DNA of 64,000 nt from Dictyostelium discoideum (GCA_000004695.1 CM000155.2:2848001-2912000); one strand, 5' to 3'. Counted from the stretch's first letter, positions 1-20,285 are shown. Notes: generated from the sequence alone by a model not told the origin. Translations and numbers: made by a program.

Positions 1-4673
<4,673 letters not shown>

Positions 4674-4832
4674 AATTTTAAATTGTTTTAAAAATAAATA
4701 GAATCATACAAATATTTTATATTTCTTAGAATTTTATTTTTTATTATTTTTTAGAAATCAAAATACAAATATTTTATATTTCTTTAGAATTTATATTATT
4801 ATTTTTTTATTTTTTATTTTGTTTTGTACTTT

Positions 4833-8482
<3,650 letters not shown>

Positions 8483-8787
8483 TATTACAAATATACATAT
8501 TATTTATTTGTAAAATATAGTTTTATTATTTTTTATTTGTTTCAAGAGGAAAGGGAAAAAAAAAGTGTATGAAAAAAAAAAAAAAAAAAAAAATAAAATT
8601 ACAATTATAATTGTAATTTCATTTTTTTTTTTTTTATTATCATATTTTTTAATTTTACAAATTTTATTTATTTTTTTTATTTTTTTGAATTTTTTGAATT
8701 TTTTTTTTTTGAATTTAGGCAATTGAATAAACATTTTTTTTATTTTTTTTTTTAAATATACACTATTTAAATATATATTAATAACAA

Positions 8788-9231
8788 ATGTCACACTATA
8801 GTGGAAGTAGTGGTGGAAGTGGCGGTGGTGGTGGTGGATATCATAAACCTCACGCAGGAGGTGGTGGCGGTGGTGGTGGAGGAGGATATTATAGCCATCA
8901 ATATAGTAATTATCATGCAGCTAAAATCGTTTATGATGGTAAACGTATGAGAAAAGCTGTAGTTAGAAAAACAGTAGATTTCAATTCTACTTTAATCAAA
9001 TATAATTTAGCAAGAGTTTATCAAAGAGATTATAGAGATTTTGCTGTTGTACAGCCTGATCAATTATATATTAGAGAAGTATGTTTTTCAAAAAAATAAA
9101 AAAAAATAAAAAAAAAAATAAAAAAAAATAATAATAACATTTTATACTTAATAAAAATAAGTAAGTATAAAATGTTATATGATATCATTTTCAAATACAA
9201 ATAGTTAGTAATAAAATCAAATACTAATAGA

Positions 9232-9263
<32 letters not shown>

Positions 9264-10708
9264 AATTAGATTTTACCTCCAATTGCATTAGAATCTAATC
9301 CAATTACAAGTGTTTGTTCAAGATTTATTCATACATCATCAAATAAAGTTAAATATCCAATTAATTGTGTATCATGGACACCAGAAGGTAGAAGATTAGT
9401 AACAGGATCAAGTAGTGGTGAATTTACATTATGGAATGGTTTAACATTTAATTTTGAGACTATTTTACAAGCACATGATTCAGCAGTTAGATCGATTATA
9501 TGGTCACATAATGAAGATTGGATGGTATCAGGTGATGATAGTGGTAACATTAAATATTGGCAACCAAATATGAACAATGTGAAAATCTTTAAAGCACATG
9601 AACAATCAAAGATTAGAGGTTTAAGTTTTTCACCAACAGATTTGAAACTTGCATCATGTGCCGATGATAAGATTATAAAGATTTGGGATTTCGCTAGATG
9701 TACAGAGGATAATCAATTGGTTGGTCATGGTTGGGATGTGAAATGCGTCTCTTGGCATCCACAGAAATCATTGATCGTTTCTGGTGGTAAAGATAATAAT
9801 ATTAAGATATGGGATGCGAAATCATCACAAAATATAACAACATTACATGGTCATAAAAGTACAGTTTCAAAAGTGGAATGGAATCAAAATGGTAATTGGA
9901 TAGTTAGTGCAAGCTCTGATCAACTATTAAAGGTATTCGATATTAGAACCATGAAAGAGATGCAAACTTTTAAAGGTCATGGTAAAGAAGTCACCGCTCT
10001 TGCTCTACATCCATACCATGAGGATCTATTTGTTTCAGGTGATAAAGATGGTAAAATCTTATATTGGATCGTTGGTAATCCTGAACCACAAGCAGAGATT
10101 CATTCCGCTCATGATGCTGATGTTTGGTCTTTATCTTGGCATCCAATTGGTCATATCCTTGCAAGTGGTTCAAATGATCATACTACTAAATTTTGGAGTA
10201 GAAATAGACCTGCCGATACTATGAAAGATAAATATAATAATCCAAATGCTTCAAAAGATATTGAAAATGAAGAGGATGCTGATGATCAAGAATCTGATCT
10301 ATCTTTACCTGGTTTATCTTTACCTGGTTTAGGTAGTTATAAACCTTCTCCACAATTATCATCACAAAATATTTTACAAAATTTAAATTATTCAATGCAA
10401 CAACAACAACCACAACAACAACCACAACAACAGCAACAACAACAACAACAACAACAATTACAACCACAACAACAGTCATCACCCCCACCAATTGATCTCA
10501 TGCAATCTATGTTACCAAATCAACAACAACAACAACCAAACCAACCACAACCAATACAACAACCACAACCAATACAACAACCACAACAAATACCTCAAAA
10601 TATCCCACCACAAATTCCACAACAACAGCAACAACCAATTCAACAACCAATGCAGCAACCACAACAACAACAAATACCTCAAAATATTCCACAACAAATG
10701 CAACAACC

Positions 10709-10754
<46 letters not shown>

Positions 10755-11253
10755 CCATTACAACCTCAACAATTTCAACCAAAACCACCTTACCAACAAA
10801 GACCACAGCAATTTAGCCAACAACAACAACAACAACAATTTAATCCAAATCAACAACAACAATTTAATCCAAATCAACAACAATTTAATCCAAATCAACA
10901 ACAGCAACAATTTAATCCTAATCAACAGCAACAATTTAATCCAAATCAATTTAATNNNNNNNNNNNNNNNNNNNNNNNNNNNNNNNNNNNNNNNNNNNNN
11001 NNNNNNNNNNNNNNNNNNNNNNNNNNNNNNNNNNNNNNNNNNNNNNNNNNNNNNNCCTATGAATAATCCTAATATTGTTCCACCACATTTTAATCAACAT
11101 CAACAACAAAATCATAACCAAAATCAACCACCTCATCATATGAATAATCCAAATATCATACCACCACCCCAAAGATTTAATAACTCAAATGTGGTGCCAC
11201 ATTTCAACCAACTATCAAATCAAAATCAACCACCCCAACGACCTCAATATTAA
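8788..11253 (+). CDS. WDR33 / Pfs2-like pre-mRNA 3'-end processing factor: WD40 propeller with long Gln/Pro-rich C-terminal tail; 2 exons, CDS interrupted by an assembly gap
   Basis: Exon 1 is 8788..9078 (Gly-rich N-terminus, then [23 protein letters not shown]...QPDQLYIRE), donor GTATGT at 9079. Exon 2 starts at 9270 after acceptor TTAATTAG ([112 protein letters not shown]...[24 protein letters not shown]). This is nearly colinear with human WDR33 ([24 protein letters not shown]...[47 protein letters not shown]...). A poly-Q/P tail follows, then N-run 10956..11055, then [10 protein letters not shown]...PQRPQY with stop at 11251-11253. The frame across the gap cannot be verified. Confidence 0.85.
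10956..11055. other. Assembly gap (100 N) inside the WDR33-like CDS
   Basis: Run of exactly 100 n within the poly-Gln-coding CAA-rich region; true size and frame are unknown. Confidence 0.95.
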
Positions 11254-11388
11254 TATTGTAAATAAAAATTTTTATATTACCAAAAGTTTGTGGTAAACCT
11301 AGTTTTTTTTTTTTTTTCCTGTGCAATAAATATTAGTTATACTTTTTTATAATTATAAAAACAATGTTGTTTAAATAATTCAATAATT

Positions 11389-11419
<31 letters not shown>

Positions 11420-11524
11420 CAACAAAACTTCCCATTTTCATTTTTTTTTTTTTTTTTTTTTAAATTTTTTTTTTTTTTTAAGTCAACTTTTCTTTAATTT
11501 TCATTTCATTTTCAAAATCATAAA

Positions 11525-12379
11525 ATGTTTCAACTTTTGACAAAAACAATAGTATCAAATGTTGGTAAAAATAGTTTAAATAACATTTTTACAAATAATT
11601 CATTTAAAAAAAAAAGATTTTTTTGTAATGTTGGGAAACCAATCGAAATTAATCAACTTAAACAATCGTTCTCAGAGTTATTGAAATTAGATTACAAGAA
11701 AACTCAAGAGGAAGGTTTACCAAAAAATTTATTAGATGTTCAAAATGATATTTTAAAATCAAATGAAAAAGAACTTGATACTCAAACTAGAATGATATCA
11801 TCCATTTTCCTTTGGAGATCATTATGTTTTTTAAATCAAACTCCAAATGTAATTAATAATAATTTTTTTTTAAAATTTATTAATAATCAACCTACTCGCA
11901 AACTAATTAATTTATTATATTAATTATATTTATATTTATTTTATTTTATTTATATTATTTTATAAATAAAATAGAGTATGAAAAAAGAAGAATTAGATAA
12001 ATTATGGAATTTATTAAATATTGATAATAAAGATATAATTAATAAACATGAATATATTTCAATATTAAATCATAGAATTGGTATAAGTTTTACAAGTAGA
12101 TATCTTTTACCAAAATTATTTGAAGATATAAAAAGGGTTGTAAAAGAAGTTAAAGATGCAAATGAAAATAATTCAACACCAATATCATCATTATTACCAT
12201 TAATTAATATAGCATTCACATCATCAGCTCATTTAAGTATGTGGAAAGAAATGAAATATTTAGGTAATGAAATAAGTTTAAATAAAAATGAAATATTTGA
12301 AAACATCAGAAATGCTTCATATGAAATTGATTATTTATTTGATTATACTTCAATTTATCATATTTTAAATTTAAATAAT

Positions 12380-12410
<31 letters not shown>

Positions 12411-13062
12411 CAACATCTCTATTACCATTAATCATTGATACAAATAAAGATAGTGAACCAATAAATTTTGAAAAGTTTAAAACTTTTAGAGTTTATGATG
12501 TTGAATCTTTTTCTTTTAAAAATTTAACAATGAAAACTGAAAATATGTCAACTGAAACAAATGAAAAAGCAATGAATGAATTTAATGAAAATAAAAATCA
12601 AATGAAAAATCAAAAAATTGATAGAAATGGTTATTTTATGACTGGTTTGTATTTTTTTTTTTTTTTTTTTTTTATATCTAATATTTACTAACTATTATTA
12701 TAAATTATTATTTAGAATTATCAAATCAACCATTTATTTTAATTTTAGGTAGCTCATTTAAATTTGATATTTGTTTTGATACAAATTTACAAATGACACA
12801 TAGTGGTGTTATTGATAAAGATTTTAAAAAAGTTCAATTATATGGTACATATGATGAATTTGATAAAACAAAAGTAGAATCAGAATATAATTTAGAAATT
12901 GATCAAAATATTGTACCAGATGATAATGAACCATTTATTCAATTAAAAGGAACTCATAGAAAAATTGAAACCAGAACAAATACTGAAAAAACAATTTATG
13001 ATATGGATGTAATAATTAATTTACAAAGAAGAAAATTATTACATGAAGTTGAAGTAAAATAA
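11525..13062 (+). CDS. Hypothetical protein, proposed 3-exon gene, about 440 aa, with possible N-terminal mitochondrial presequence
   Basis: ORFs 11525..11923, 11978..12691 and 12793..13062 can be joined with phase-consistent splice sites. Exon 1 is 11525..11848 (donor CCAAAT|GTAATT). Exon 2 is 11975..12644 (acceptor AAATAG, donor ACTG|GTTTGT, phase 1). Exon 3 is 12749..13062 (acceptor AATTTTAG). The N-terminus MFQLLTKTIVSNVGKNSLNNIFTNNSFKKKRFF is basic and hydroxylated like a presequence. No recognisable domain. Exon 1 might instead be a separate small gene. Confidence 0.4.
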
Positions 13063-13144
13063 TTTAAAAATAAATTTCTAATTTATATATATATTTAATT
13101 TAAAATTTTAAATAATTTATTTATTAATTTTATTTATTTATTTA

Positions 13145-13177
<33 letters not shown>

Positions 13178-13186
13178 TTTTTTTTT

Positions 13187-15916
13187 TTAATCATCAGAAG
13201 ATAATTGTCTTTTTACTAAATTATGATAAATTCCATCAGTATTATTTAATAATTCTTTATGAGTACCCATTTCTTCAATTTTACCTTGATTAATTACAAC
13301 TACAGTATTTGCATTTATTACAGTTGATAAACGATGAGCAATTACAATGACAGTACGATCTTTCATAATTTCATCGATTGCTTGTTTAACTAAATATTCA
13401 CTTTCAGCATCAAGAGCAGAGGTAGCTTCATCTAATAAGAGGATCATTGGATTTTGAATCATAGCACGAGCTATTGCAACACGTTGTTTTTGACCACCAG
13501 ATAAACGAACACCTCTTTCACCAACTATAGTATCATAACCATTTTCAAACTCTTCAATGAATGAATGAGCATTTGCTTTCTCTGCAGCCGAAATAATTTG
13601 ATCCATTGTTGCACTATCATTACCAAAAGTGATATTATCTTTGATTGAACCAGCGAATAATACAGGTTCTTGTGATACATAACCAATGATACCACGATAC
13701 CAAACTGGATCCAACTCTTTGATATCAATACCATCGAATGTGATTGAACCTGAATTTGGATCATAAAATCTTTCAATCATTGCAATTACAGTTGACTTAC
13801 CACCACCAGATGGACCTACCAAAGCTGTGATTGTACCTTTTGATAATTTCAAATTTAAACCCTTTAAAACACTATTATTTGGTCTAGTTGGATAAGAGAA
13901 TTCCACATCTTTCAATTCAATTTCACCCAATGGATTTTGAATTTGTTTACCACCTGAAACATTGATAGCTGGTACTCTATCGAAAATTTCAAATATACGA
14001 TCCGATGAACCGATTGCCTTTAAGAAATCAGTCATTAAACTACTAATGAAAGCCAAACTCATTGCCAATGAAAGTGTATACAAAAGGAATGAAGTTAAAT
14101 CACCAGTTGATAATGTACCATCTAAAACCTGTCTAGCACCAACATAAACGATTAATACAATTGCCAATTGTGCTACTAAAAATACAATACCACTGAATAC
14201 ACCGGTTGCAACAGCCAATGATTTACCAATTAAATAACTACCATTAATATCTTTTGAATAGAGGTCAATGAATTTTTGTTCCTTTGAAAATGAACGTACT
14301 GTTCTTATATTTGAAATTACCTCTTCACCAGTGGTTGATGATTTTGCTAATTCATCTTGAAATTGTTTACCCAATTGTTTAATTTTCTTACCATATACAA
14401 CGGTTGATATTGCAAGTACAGGTACAATACCTAACATTAATAATGTTAATCTCCAATTGGTAATGAATAATAAAATAACGGAACCAATAATTTGAATTGT
14501 ATATCTAAATAACATTGAGATATTAACAGTGACTGAATTTTGAATCACTTGTGAATCACTTGATAATCTACTTAATAGCTCACCAGTTCTACATTGATCG
14601 AAATAACCAATCTCTTGATTAACAATTGATGAGAATAAATTTCTACGAATACGTGCAACAAATTTTTGACCAGCTAAATAGAATAACCAACTTCTAACCA
14701 ATGTTGAAATTGAACCAATTACGAAAATAACGACCAATGCCAATGTACTTGAATTTAAATTATTAAAACTATGAGTGGTTGCAACGACTTGAACAATTGA
14801 ACCGAAAAAGTAAGGCATAGCCAATGATGTCAATGAACTAAATACCAAAGCAACCATTGCTGCTAAAATAATTGGTAACTCTGGTCTTGATAATTGAATT
14901 AGTCTCTTTAGATTTGAATGTTTAACCTCAACTTTTTTATTTAATCTTTTCTCTTCATTTGATTGATTATAAAATTGTTTCTCTTTATCTGATAATCTTT
15001 TATACTTTTTAAAACTTAATTGTAATGTTATTATATGTAATACTAAAAATAATACCATCAATGGTATACCAACTAAAACAATTACAATTATAATTTCTCT
15101 AACTTTTAATGAATCAAATAATGGACTTTCATTTGGTAAATAACTATCACTACCATTATAAATTTCATTAGATGATGATGATGTTGTTATAATATTATTA
15201 TTAATTGATAAAATTTGTGTAATTGTAAAATATGATTTAATAACATTATAAATTAATGCAATAATTGTTATAATATAACTAATAGTATGATAAATAAAAC
15301 TATCAGAGAATATTAATAACAACCAAAATAATGATATAAAATATGATATTAATAATATATCAAATGTTGAAAAATAAAAAAAGTATTTCATATTAAATGT
15401 ACCACCATTTAATGCTTCAATTTCTGATGAATCATATGATGTTGTTGTTGATGTTAATGTTTGTAGTAGTAGTGATGTTGGTGATGGTGTTGGTGTTGGT
15501 GTTGGGGATGGTGTTGAGGTTGGACTCACACTACCACTATCAGTAGTATTACTATTAATTGATGGATAAAAAATAATGCTTCTTGCATTTGTACTGAAAT
15601 ATAATGCATTTATTGATATTAAATAACCAGCTAATATTACTAATGATACAATTTGGATAAATAATTTAATTGAATTCCTTTGTTTACTATCCAATTTAAA
15701 TTTAAAGAAAATTGTATCTTCAATTAATTCCTCTTCATCAATCTCTTCACCATTTATTGATTTCTTATTATTTAAAGAGAATTGTTTATTTGCATTATTA
15801 ATTCCAAATTTTTGGTCACTACGATTTGTAGTTGATATTGATTGTTTTTGTTGTTGTTTATTATATGTTTCTAATAATGATTCATTTTCTTCATCATTAA
15901 AATTCTTCTTTGTCAT
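13187..15916 (-). CDS. ABC transporter, B-family half transporter (N-terminal extension + TMD + NBD)
   Basis: Single 909-aa ORF. The C-terminal NBD has Walker A GPSGGGKST, signature LSGGQKQRVAIARAM, Walker B ILLLDEATSALD and H-loop VIAHRLST. The ABCB exporter TMD lies upstream. The N-terminal extension has extra hydrophobic segments and an SPTSTPSPTPTPTPSPTS linker. Confidence 0.85.
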   Translation of the reverse strand: MTKKNFNDEENESLLETYNKQQQKQSISTTNRSDQKFGINNANKQFSLNNKKSINGEEIDEEELIEDTIFFKFKLDSKQRNSIKLFIQIVSLVILAGYLISINALYFSTNARSIIFYPSINSNTTDSGSVSPTSTPSPTPTPTPSPTSLLLQTLTSTTTSYDSSEIEALNGGTFNMKYFFYFSTFDILLISYFISLFWLLLIFSDSFIYHTISYIITIIALIYNVIKSYFTITQILSINNNIITTSSSSNEIYNGSDSYLPNESPLFDSLKVREIIIVIVLVGIPLMVLFLVLHIITLQLSFKKYKRLSDKEKQFYNQSNEEKRLNKKVEVKHSNLKRLIQLSRPELPIILAAMVALVFSSLTSLAMPYFFGSIVQVVATTHSFNNLNSSTLALVVIFVIGSISTLVRSWLFYLAGQKFVARIRRNLFSSIVNQEIGYFDQCRTGELLSRLSSDSQVIQNSVTVNISMLFRYTIQIIGSVILLFITNWRLTLLMLGIVPVLAISTVVYGKKIKQLGKQFQDELAKSSTTGEEVISNIRTVRSFSKEQKFIDLYSKDINGSYLIGKSLAVATGVFSGIVFLVAQLAIVLIVYVGARQVLDGTLSTGDLTSFLLYTLSLAMSLAFISSLMTDFLKAIGSSDRIFEIFDRVPAINVSGGKQIQNPLGEIELKDVEFSYPTRPNNSVLKGLNLKLSKGTITALVGPSGGGKSTVIAMIERFYDPNSGSITFDGIDIKELDPVWYRGIIGYVSQEPVLFAGSIKDNITFGNDSATMDQIISAAEKANAHSFIEEFENGYDTIVGERGVRLSGGQKQRVAIARAMIQNPMILLLDEATSALDAESEYLVKQAIDEIMKDRTVIVIAHRLSTVINANTVVVINQGKIEEMGTHKELLNNTDGIYHNLVKRQLSSDD

Positions 15917-16639
15917 GATTTGTGAACCTTTTTTTATGATTGAATTTATTTATTTAAAAAAAAAAAAAAAAAATTAAAAAAAAAAATAATTATAAAATGT
16001 ATTAAAAAAAAAAAAAGGGATACAAAACAAAGAAATAAAATAAATTACAATAAAAAAGATACAAAAGATAACGTTTTTTTTTTTTTTTAAATAGTTTTTT
16101 TTTTTATTTTCATTTTTATTTTTATTTTTTTTATTTAATTTTTTTTATTTTTTTTGGGGTAAGAATTTGGTGTACATCTTTGCATAAAAAAAAAAAATCC
16201 AAAAAAAAATTAAAAAAATTAAAAAAAATAAAATTAAGCTTATAGGGTTAGAATCGCAACAAATTAAATAGATTATTATTTTGTGAGTGTAAGTGGTCAA
16301 AAAATACGTGTTTTTTTTTTTTAAAATAAATAAAAAAATATTTATTAATTTAAAATGGAAAATATAATTGTGATGAATTTGGTGCATCATGATTTTAATT
16401 TATTTATTTTTTTTATTTTTTATTTTTTTTTTAAAAAATTTTTCTCAAAAATAAATAATTTATTTTCACAAATAAATAAAAAAAATAGTGTTAATTTATT
16501 TTATTTAATAGTAATAAAAGAGAAAAAAAAAAAAAATAATAAAATAAAATTAAATTTGAGATAAACACACTGTTACCATCTAGATTAAATTGTAAAATTT
16601 TTTTTTTTTTTTTTTATTTAAAATTTTTTTATTTTTTTT

Positions 16640-17464
16640 TTAAGATGATACAAATTGTTTTAAAAATGGTAACCAATTTAAAGGTATTGGTGAAGACCAA
16701 ATACCTAAACTTTTAATATTATTATTAATAATTAATTGAAATCTTTGAGTTAATTCTTCAGTTGAGAAAGGTTGATTATTTTCATCAACAGTCATAACAC
16801 CAACAGCCAATTTATTCAATGGAATTGATTGAATTGCAAATTGTAAAGCACTTTGAAAACCTTGAAAAGTTCCAGCATAGGTTGACATTGTATAAATTTT
16901 ATCAACTGAAGTTTGAGCCAACAATGATAAATTCCAAAATGGTGTCCAAGTTGCTGCACAAACCGTTAGAGTTTTATTATATTGATGTAATTGTTTAGCG
17001 AATGAATCAATGAAATTTGCATATCCAATTGAGTCTCGTTCATCACCACCAACTGGTTCAATATCAATATTCCATCCATCGAATCCTTCATCGATTGCAT
17101 GTTGAATAGCAGAGTCAATGAACGGTTGTGGATTATTAATTAATTGACGTGCATATTCTATCACTTCAGGTCTACCAAATGGACAACATGTTGATACCAT
17201 TGGTAAGGTTTTTAAACCCGCTGTTTGTAATGGATATTGAACATCTGTAAAATTATTTACAATCAATGTTGAATTTGCTCCCAAATTAAATCTTTCAAAT
17301 GCTACTGAATCTAAAATTTGAGTTAATGATAAAATTTGTTCTAAATCACTATTTATAGTTTCATTAGTTCTTTCAAGTCCCATCCACGTTAAAACACTTT
17401 GTTCTCTACATTTAACAATAACAACAATTAAATTTATTAAAAATAAAATAATTATTGATTTCAT
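16640..17464 (-). CDS. Secreted GH18-family protein, di-N-acetylchitobiase (CTBS)-like
   Basis: 274 aa with N-terminal signal peptide (MKSIIILFLINLIVVIVKC). The motif GFDGWNIDIEP matches the GH18 DxxDxDxE region, with the second Asp replaced by Asn while the catalytic Glu is retained. It resembles human chitobiase YMDGINIDIEQE, and MSTYAG / KLAVGVM resemble the MSYDE / KLVMGV blocks. Confidence 0.5.
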   Translation of the reverse strand: MKSIIILFLINLIVVIVKCREQSVLTWMGLERTNETINSDLEQILSLTQILDSVAFERFNLGANSTLIVNNFTDVQYPLQTAGLKTLPMVSTCCPFGRPEVIEYARQLINNPQPFIDSAIQHAIDEGFDGWNIDIEPVGGDERDSIGYANFIDSFAKQLHQYNKTLTVCAATWTPFWNLSLLAQTSVDKIYTMSTYAGTFQGFQSALQFAIQSIPLNKLAVGVMTVDENNQPFSTEELTQRFQLIINNNIKSLGIWSSPIPLNWLPFLKQFVSS

Positions 17465-17867
17465 TTTTTTTCTTTTTTTAAAATAAAAATAAAATAAAAA
17501 AATGAAAAAATAAAAAAATAAAAAAATAAAAATTAAAAAAAAAGATTTTTTTTTTTTTTTTTAATGCCCAAAACTCTGCAAAAAGATATTTTTTAAAAAA
17601 TTTAATGTGGTAAATCTTATTTATTTTTAGTATTTAGTTAATTTAATTGATTATTTTTTTTTTTTTCTTATTAAACAGTTTGAAATTTCATCAATACTCA
17701 AAACAAACAATTCTCAGATTATTGGCGTTCTTTCAATTAATGATTTTTTAGAAAAAATAAATAATTAACTAAACACAAAAAATAAATTAGATTTACTTTT
17801 TTTTTTTTTTTTTTTTTTTGTGTTTTTTAATTTTATAGGAAAGGAAGGATATTTTATTTTTTTAATT

Positions 17868-18077
17868 TTAACAATAATTAAAAAAAAGTGAAACAAACAA
17901 TGAATTAAAACTTTCTGGCATTTCTTTCCAATTCTTTTTTGCATCCATGAACGCATTGAAAACTTCAGAACAATCTTGGCTTTTAATTTTGCAAACTAGA
18001 CCATCAGCTTCATTAGTTTCACCCAACACAAAAGAAAGAGTAATAATGATTAAAATAAAAATAATAACTTTGTTCAT
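17868..18077 (-). CDS. Small secreted Cys-containing peptide (69 aa), signal peptide + KIKSQDCSEVFNAFMDAKKNWKEMPES
   Basis: The ORF has a hydrophobic N-terminal signal. A homologous sequence (QIKSQDCSNISNVLMDATKNWKEMPES) recurs at 61436-61560 on the + strand, suggesting a small gene family. Confidence 0.35.
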   Translation of the reverse strand: MNKVIIFILIIITLSFVLGETNEADGLVCKIKSQDCSEVFNAFMDAKKNWKEMPESFNSLFVSLFFNYC

Positions 18078-18887
18078 TTTTTAAAATTTTTATTTATAGT
18101 TTTTTTTGTTATTTTTTTAAAATATTTTAAAATAAATGATTTTTAAAAATAAAATTATCTTATTTTCCTTTTTAAATTACTATTTTTTTTTTTAATTACT
18201 TAAATTTTTTAAAAAAATATATTAAAAAATAAAATAAAATAAAATTAAAAATAATTACCATTCGTCATAACGAATAATTACTATTTCTAATTTCTAATTA
18301 AAGTATTAAATATAAACATAAATTTTTATTCTCATTTTTAAATTCAATGGGTTTAAAAAATTAAAATAGTTTTTTTTATTTTTTTTTTTTTCAAAACAAA
18401 ACCCATTTGCATAAAATTTAATATCTAAATGTTCCAATTAAAGATGAATATATTATTCTGGTAAAAATAAAAAGAGGTATATAACCTAAAACAGCACAGT
18501 TTATTTTTATTTAAAAGATTTTTTATTTTTTTTATTTTTATTTTTATTTTTATTTCTAACAAACAAAACATATTTTAAATTTTCACACCCCCTTACTTTT
18601 TTAATTTTAATTTTTTTTATATTCAGTTCTATTTTTAGTTTTATGATAATATTATTTTATTATATAGAATTAAATAAAAACAAATAGATCAATTAATAAA
18701 TTTTTTTTTTTTTTTTTATTTTTCTTAATCTTATCATGATCATCAAAAACATATATAAATTTTTAAAAAAAAAATAAAATAAACAATTTCCCAAATAAAA
18801 AAATCTTATTTTTTAAAGTTTGATTTATTTTTTTCTTCAGAAATAGAAGAGAGTGAATTATGTTTGAAGGTAATTTTGATTTTAATT

Positions 18888-18934
<47 letters not shown>

Positions 18935-19379
18935 CAAAACAACTTTTATTCTTTTTTTTTTTTTTAAAAAATCAAAGCAACTTTTAATTTTTTTTTTTTT
19001 CTATTATTTATTTAATACAAATACAATTTGTTTAATATTTTTTTTTATATTTTGAAAAAATTTTGGGAAAATGAAGGATTGGGATGTAAATTTTATTCCC
19101 TTCCATTCCTTATGATATTAAGAATATATGGTATGTAACATCCTCTCAATATTTATACTAAATATAAAATTAAAAAATATACTAATTAATTTTATATTTA
19201 GAATATCAGAATTAAATTTAATTTCTTTTTAAATAATATCACAATTAATGATTTTAAAGAAATTAAAAAGAAATTTGAAAATAATTAATTAGTTTATAAA
19301 CGAATTTTAGTTGATATTAAAACTGGCTATTATGATGGGAATCAAGATGAAATTTTATTTAAAAACATGAATATATTTT

Positions 19380-19555
19380 AAAAGAAAATTCACAACTGTT
19401 CTATCAACCACCCATCTGCACCACCAATCACTAATGGCTCACCATCTGCACCACCAACCACAACTGTTCCATCAACTACTCATCTGCACCACCAACCACT
19501 AATGGCTCACCAACTACTCATCTGCACCACCAACCACAATAATAAATTAACTTTG
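19380..19555. repeat. Short tandem repeat (about 30-45 bp units, CATCTGCACCACCAA(C/T)CAC... )
   Basis: Repeated units ccatctgcaccaccaatcactaatggctcaccatctgcaccaccaaccacaactgttccatcaactactcatctgcaccaccaaccactaatggctcaccaactactcatctgcaccaccaaccacaat are seen directly. Confidence 0.7.
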
Positions 19556-19826
19556 TTTTTAATTTTAAAAAAAAATTTAGGGTTAGTGATTTTTTTTTTT
19601 TCACTCAGTTAGTGTATACGTTACGTAGTCATTTTGAGCGTTGGCCGCGTAGTTAAATTAAATAATAAAATTCACTAAGCAGGGAAGGGAAATTTTCCTA
19701 CAACAATTACAATATAACCCACCGAAAGTTGTCAATGTAGGTTACTTTTAAATAATATCTATTTATTTATTTTTATAAAATTTTACTGGGTTTCAGAGGG
19801 TAATGTTTTTTTTATTTATTTTATTT

Positions 19827-19929
<103 letters not shown>

Positions 19930-19972
19930 CAAATTTATTTGTATTAATCAAAATTTAACAAAAAGATTATTA

Positions 19973-20285
19973 TTGTGGGACAGAACACGATTTAGAAATT
20001 TCCGAAAATCAGGTTTAATTTCAAATGAAATTTATAAATTTGAAGAAAATGAAAAAATATTAGCAGACAAAGGTTATGTTGGAGAGAGTTTATTTTTTTT
20101 ATGCCCTGAAAAAGGTGACAGAGAAAGCTTTTTAAAATATCAAAAAGAATTAAGGTATAATTTTACCATATCGTCAAATGATAGAAAACGTTTTTAGCAG
20201 AATTAAATCTTGTAATATATTAGTTAATAGTTTTCGCGGTGATATTGATATATTATCAGAATATATCAAAATTATTTTTTAATAT
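19973..20285 (+). mobile_element. Remnant of a PIF/Harbinger-type DDE transposase (DDE_Tnp_4-like), frameshifted
   Basis: ORF 19973..20197 encodes ...NEKILADKGYVGESLFFLCP...; ILADKGY matches the conserved D-x-G-Y block of the third DDE region of Harbinger/PIF transposases. The downstream segment in another frame (SRIKSCNILVNSFRGDIDILSEYIKII) resembles the C-terminal conserved block. There is no intact ORF. Flanked by a less AT-rich stretch at 19600-19800 and by tandem AT-rich repeats at 20340-20560. Confidence 0.4.

Noticed and set aside
10219-11172. Several minus-strand ORFs (10219..10491, 10507..10806, 10512..10754, 10758..10949, 10951..11172) and plus ORF 10492..11253 N-terminal part
   Set aside because: Antisense or out-of-frame readings of the CAA-rich poly-Gln tail of the WDR33-like gene; low complexity only. 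The C-terminal part of 10492..11253 after the gap was kept as the gene's end.
13525-14147. ORFs 13525..13776(-) and 13962..14147(+)
   Set aside because: Embedded in other frames or the opposite strand of the ABCB half-transporter CDS.
16145-16564. ORFs 16145..16390(-) and 16355..16564(+)
   Set aside because: Lys/Phe/Ile-rich translations of AT-homopolymer intergenic DNA; no coding signature.
17765-17956. ORF 17765..17956(-)
   Set aside because: Overlaps the 3' end of the small-peptide gene in another frame; poly-Lys from A-runs.
18864-19055. ORF 18864..19055(+) poly-Phe
   Set aside because: Translation of poly-T runs.
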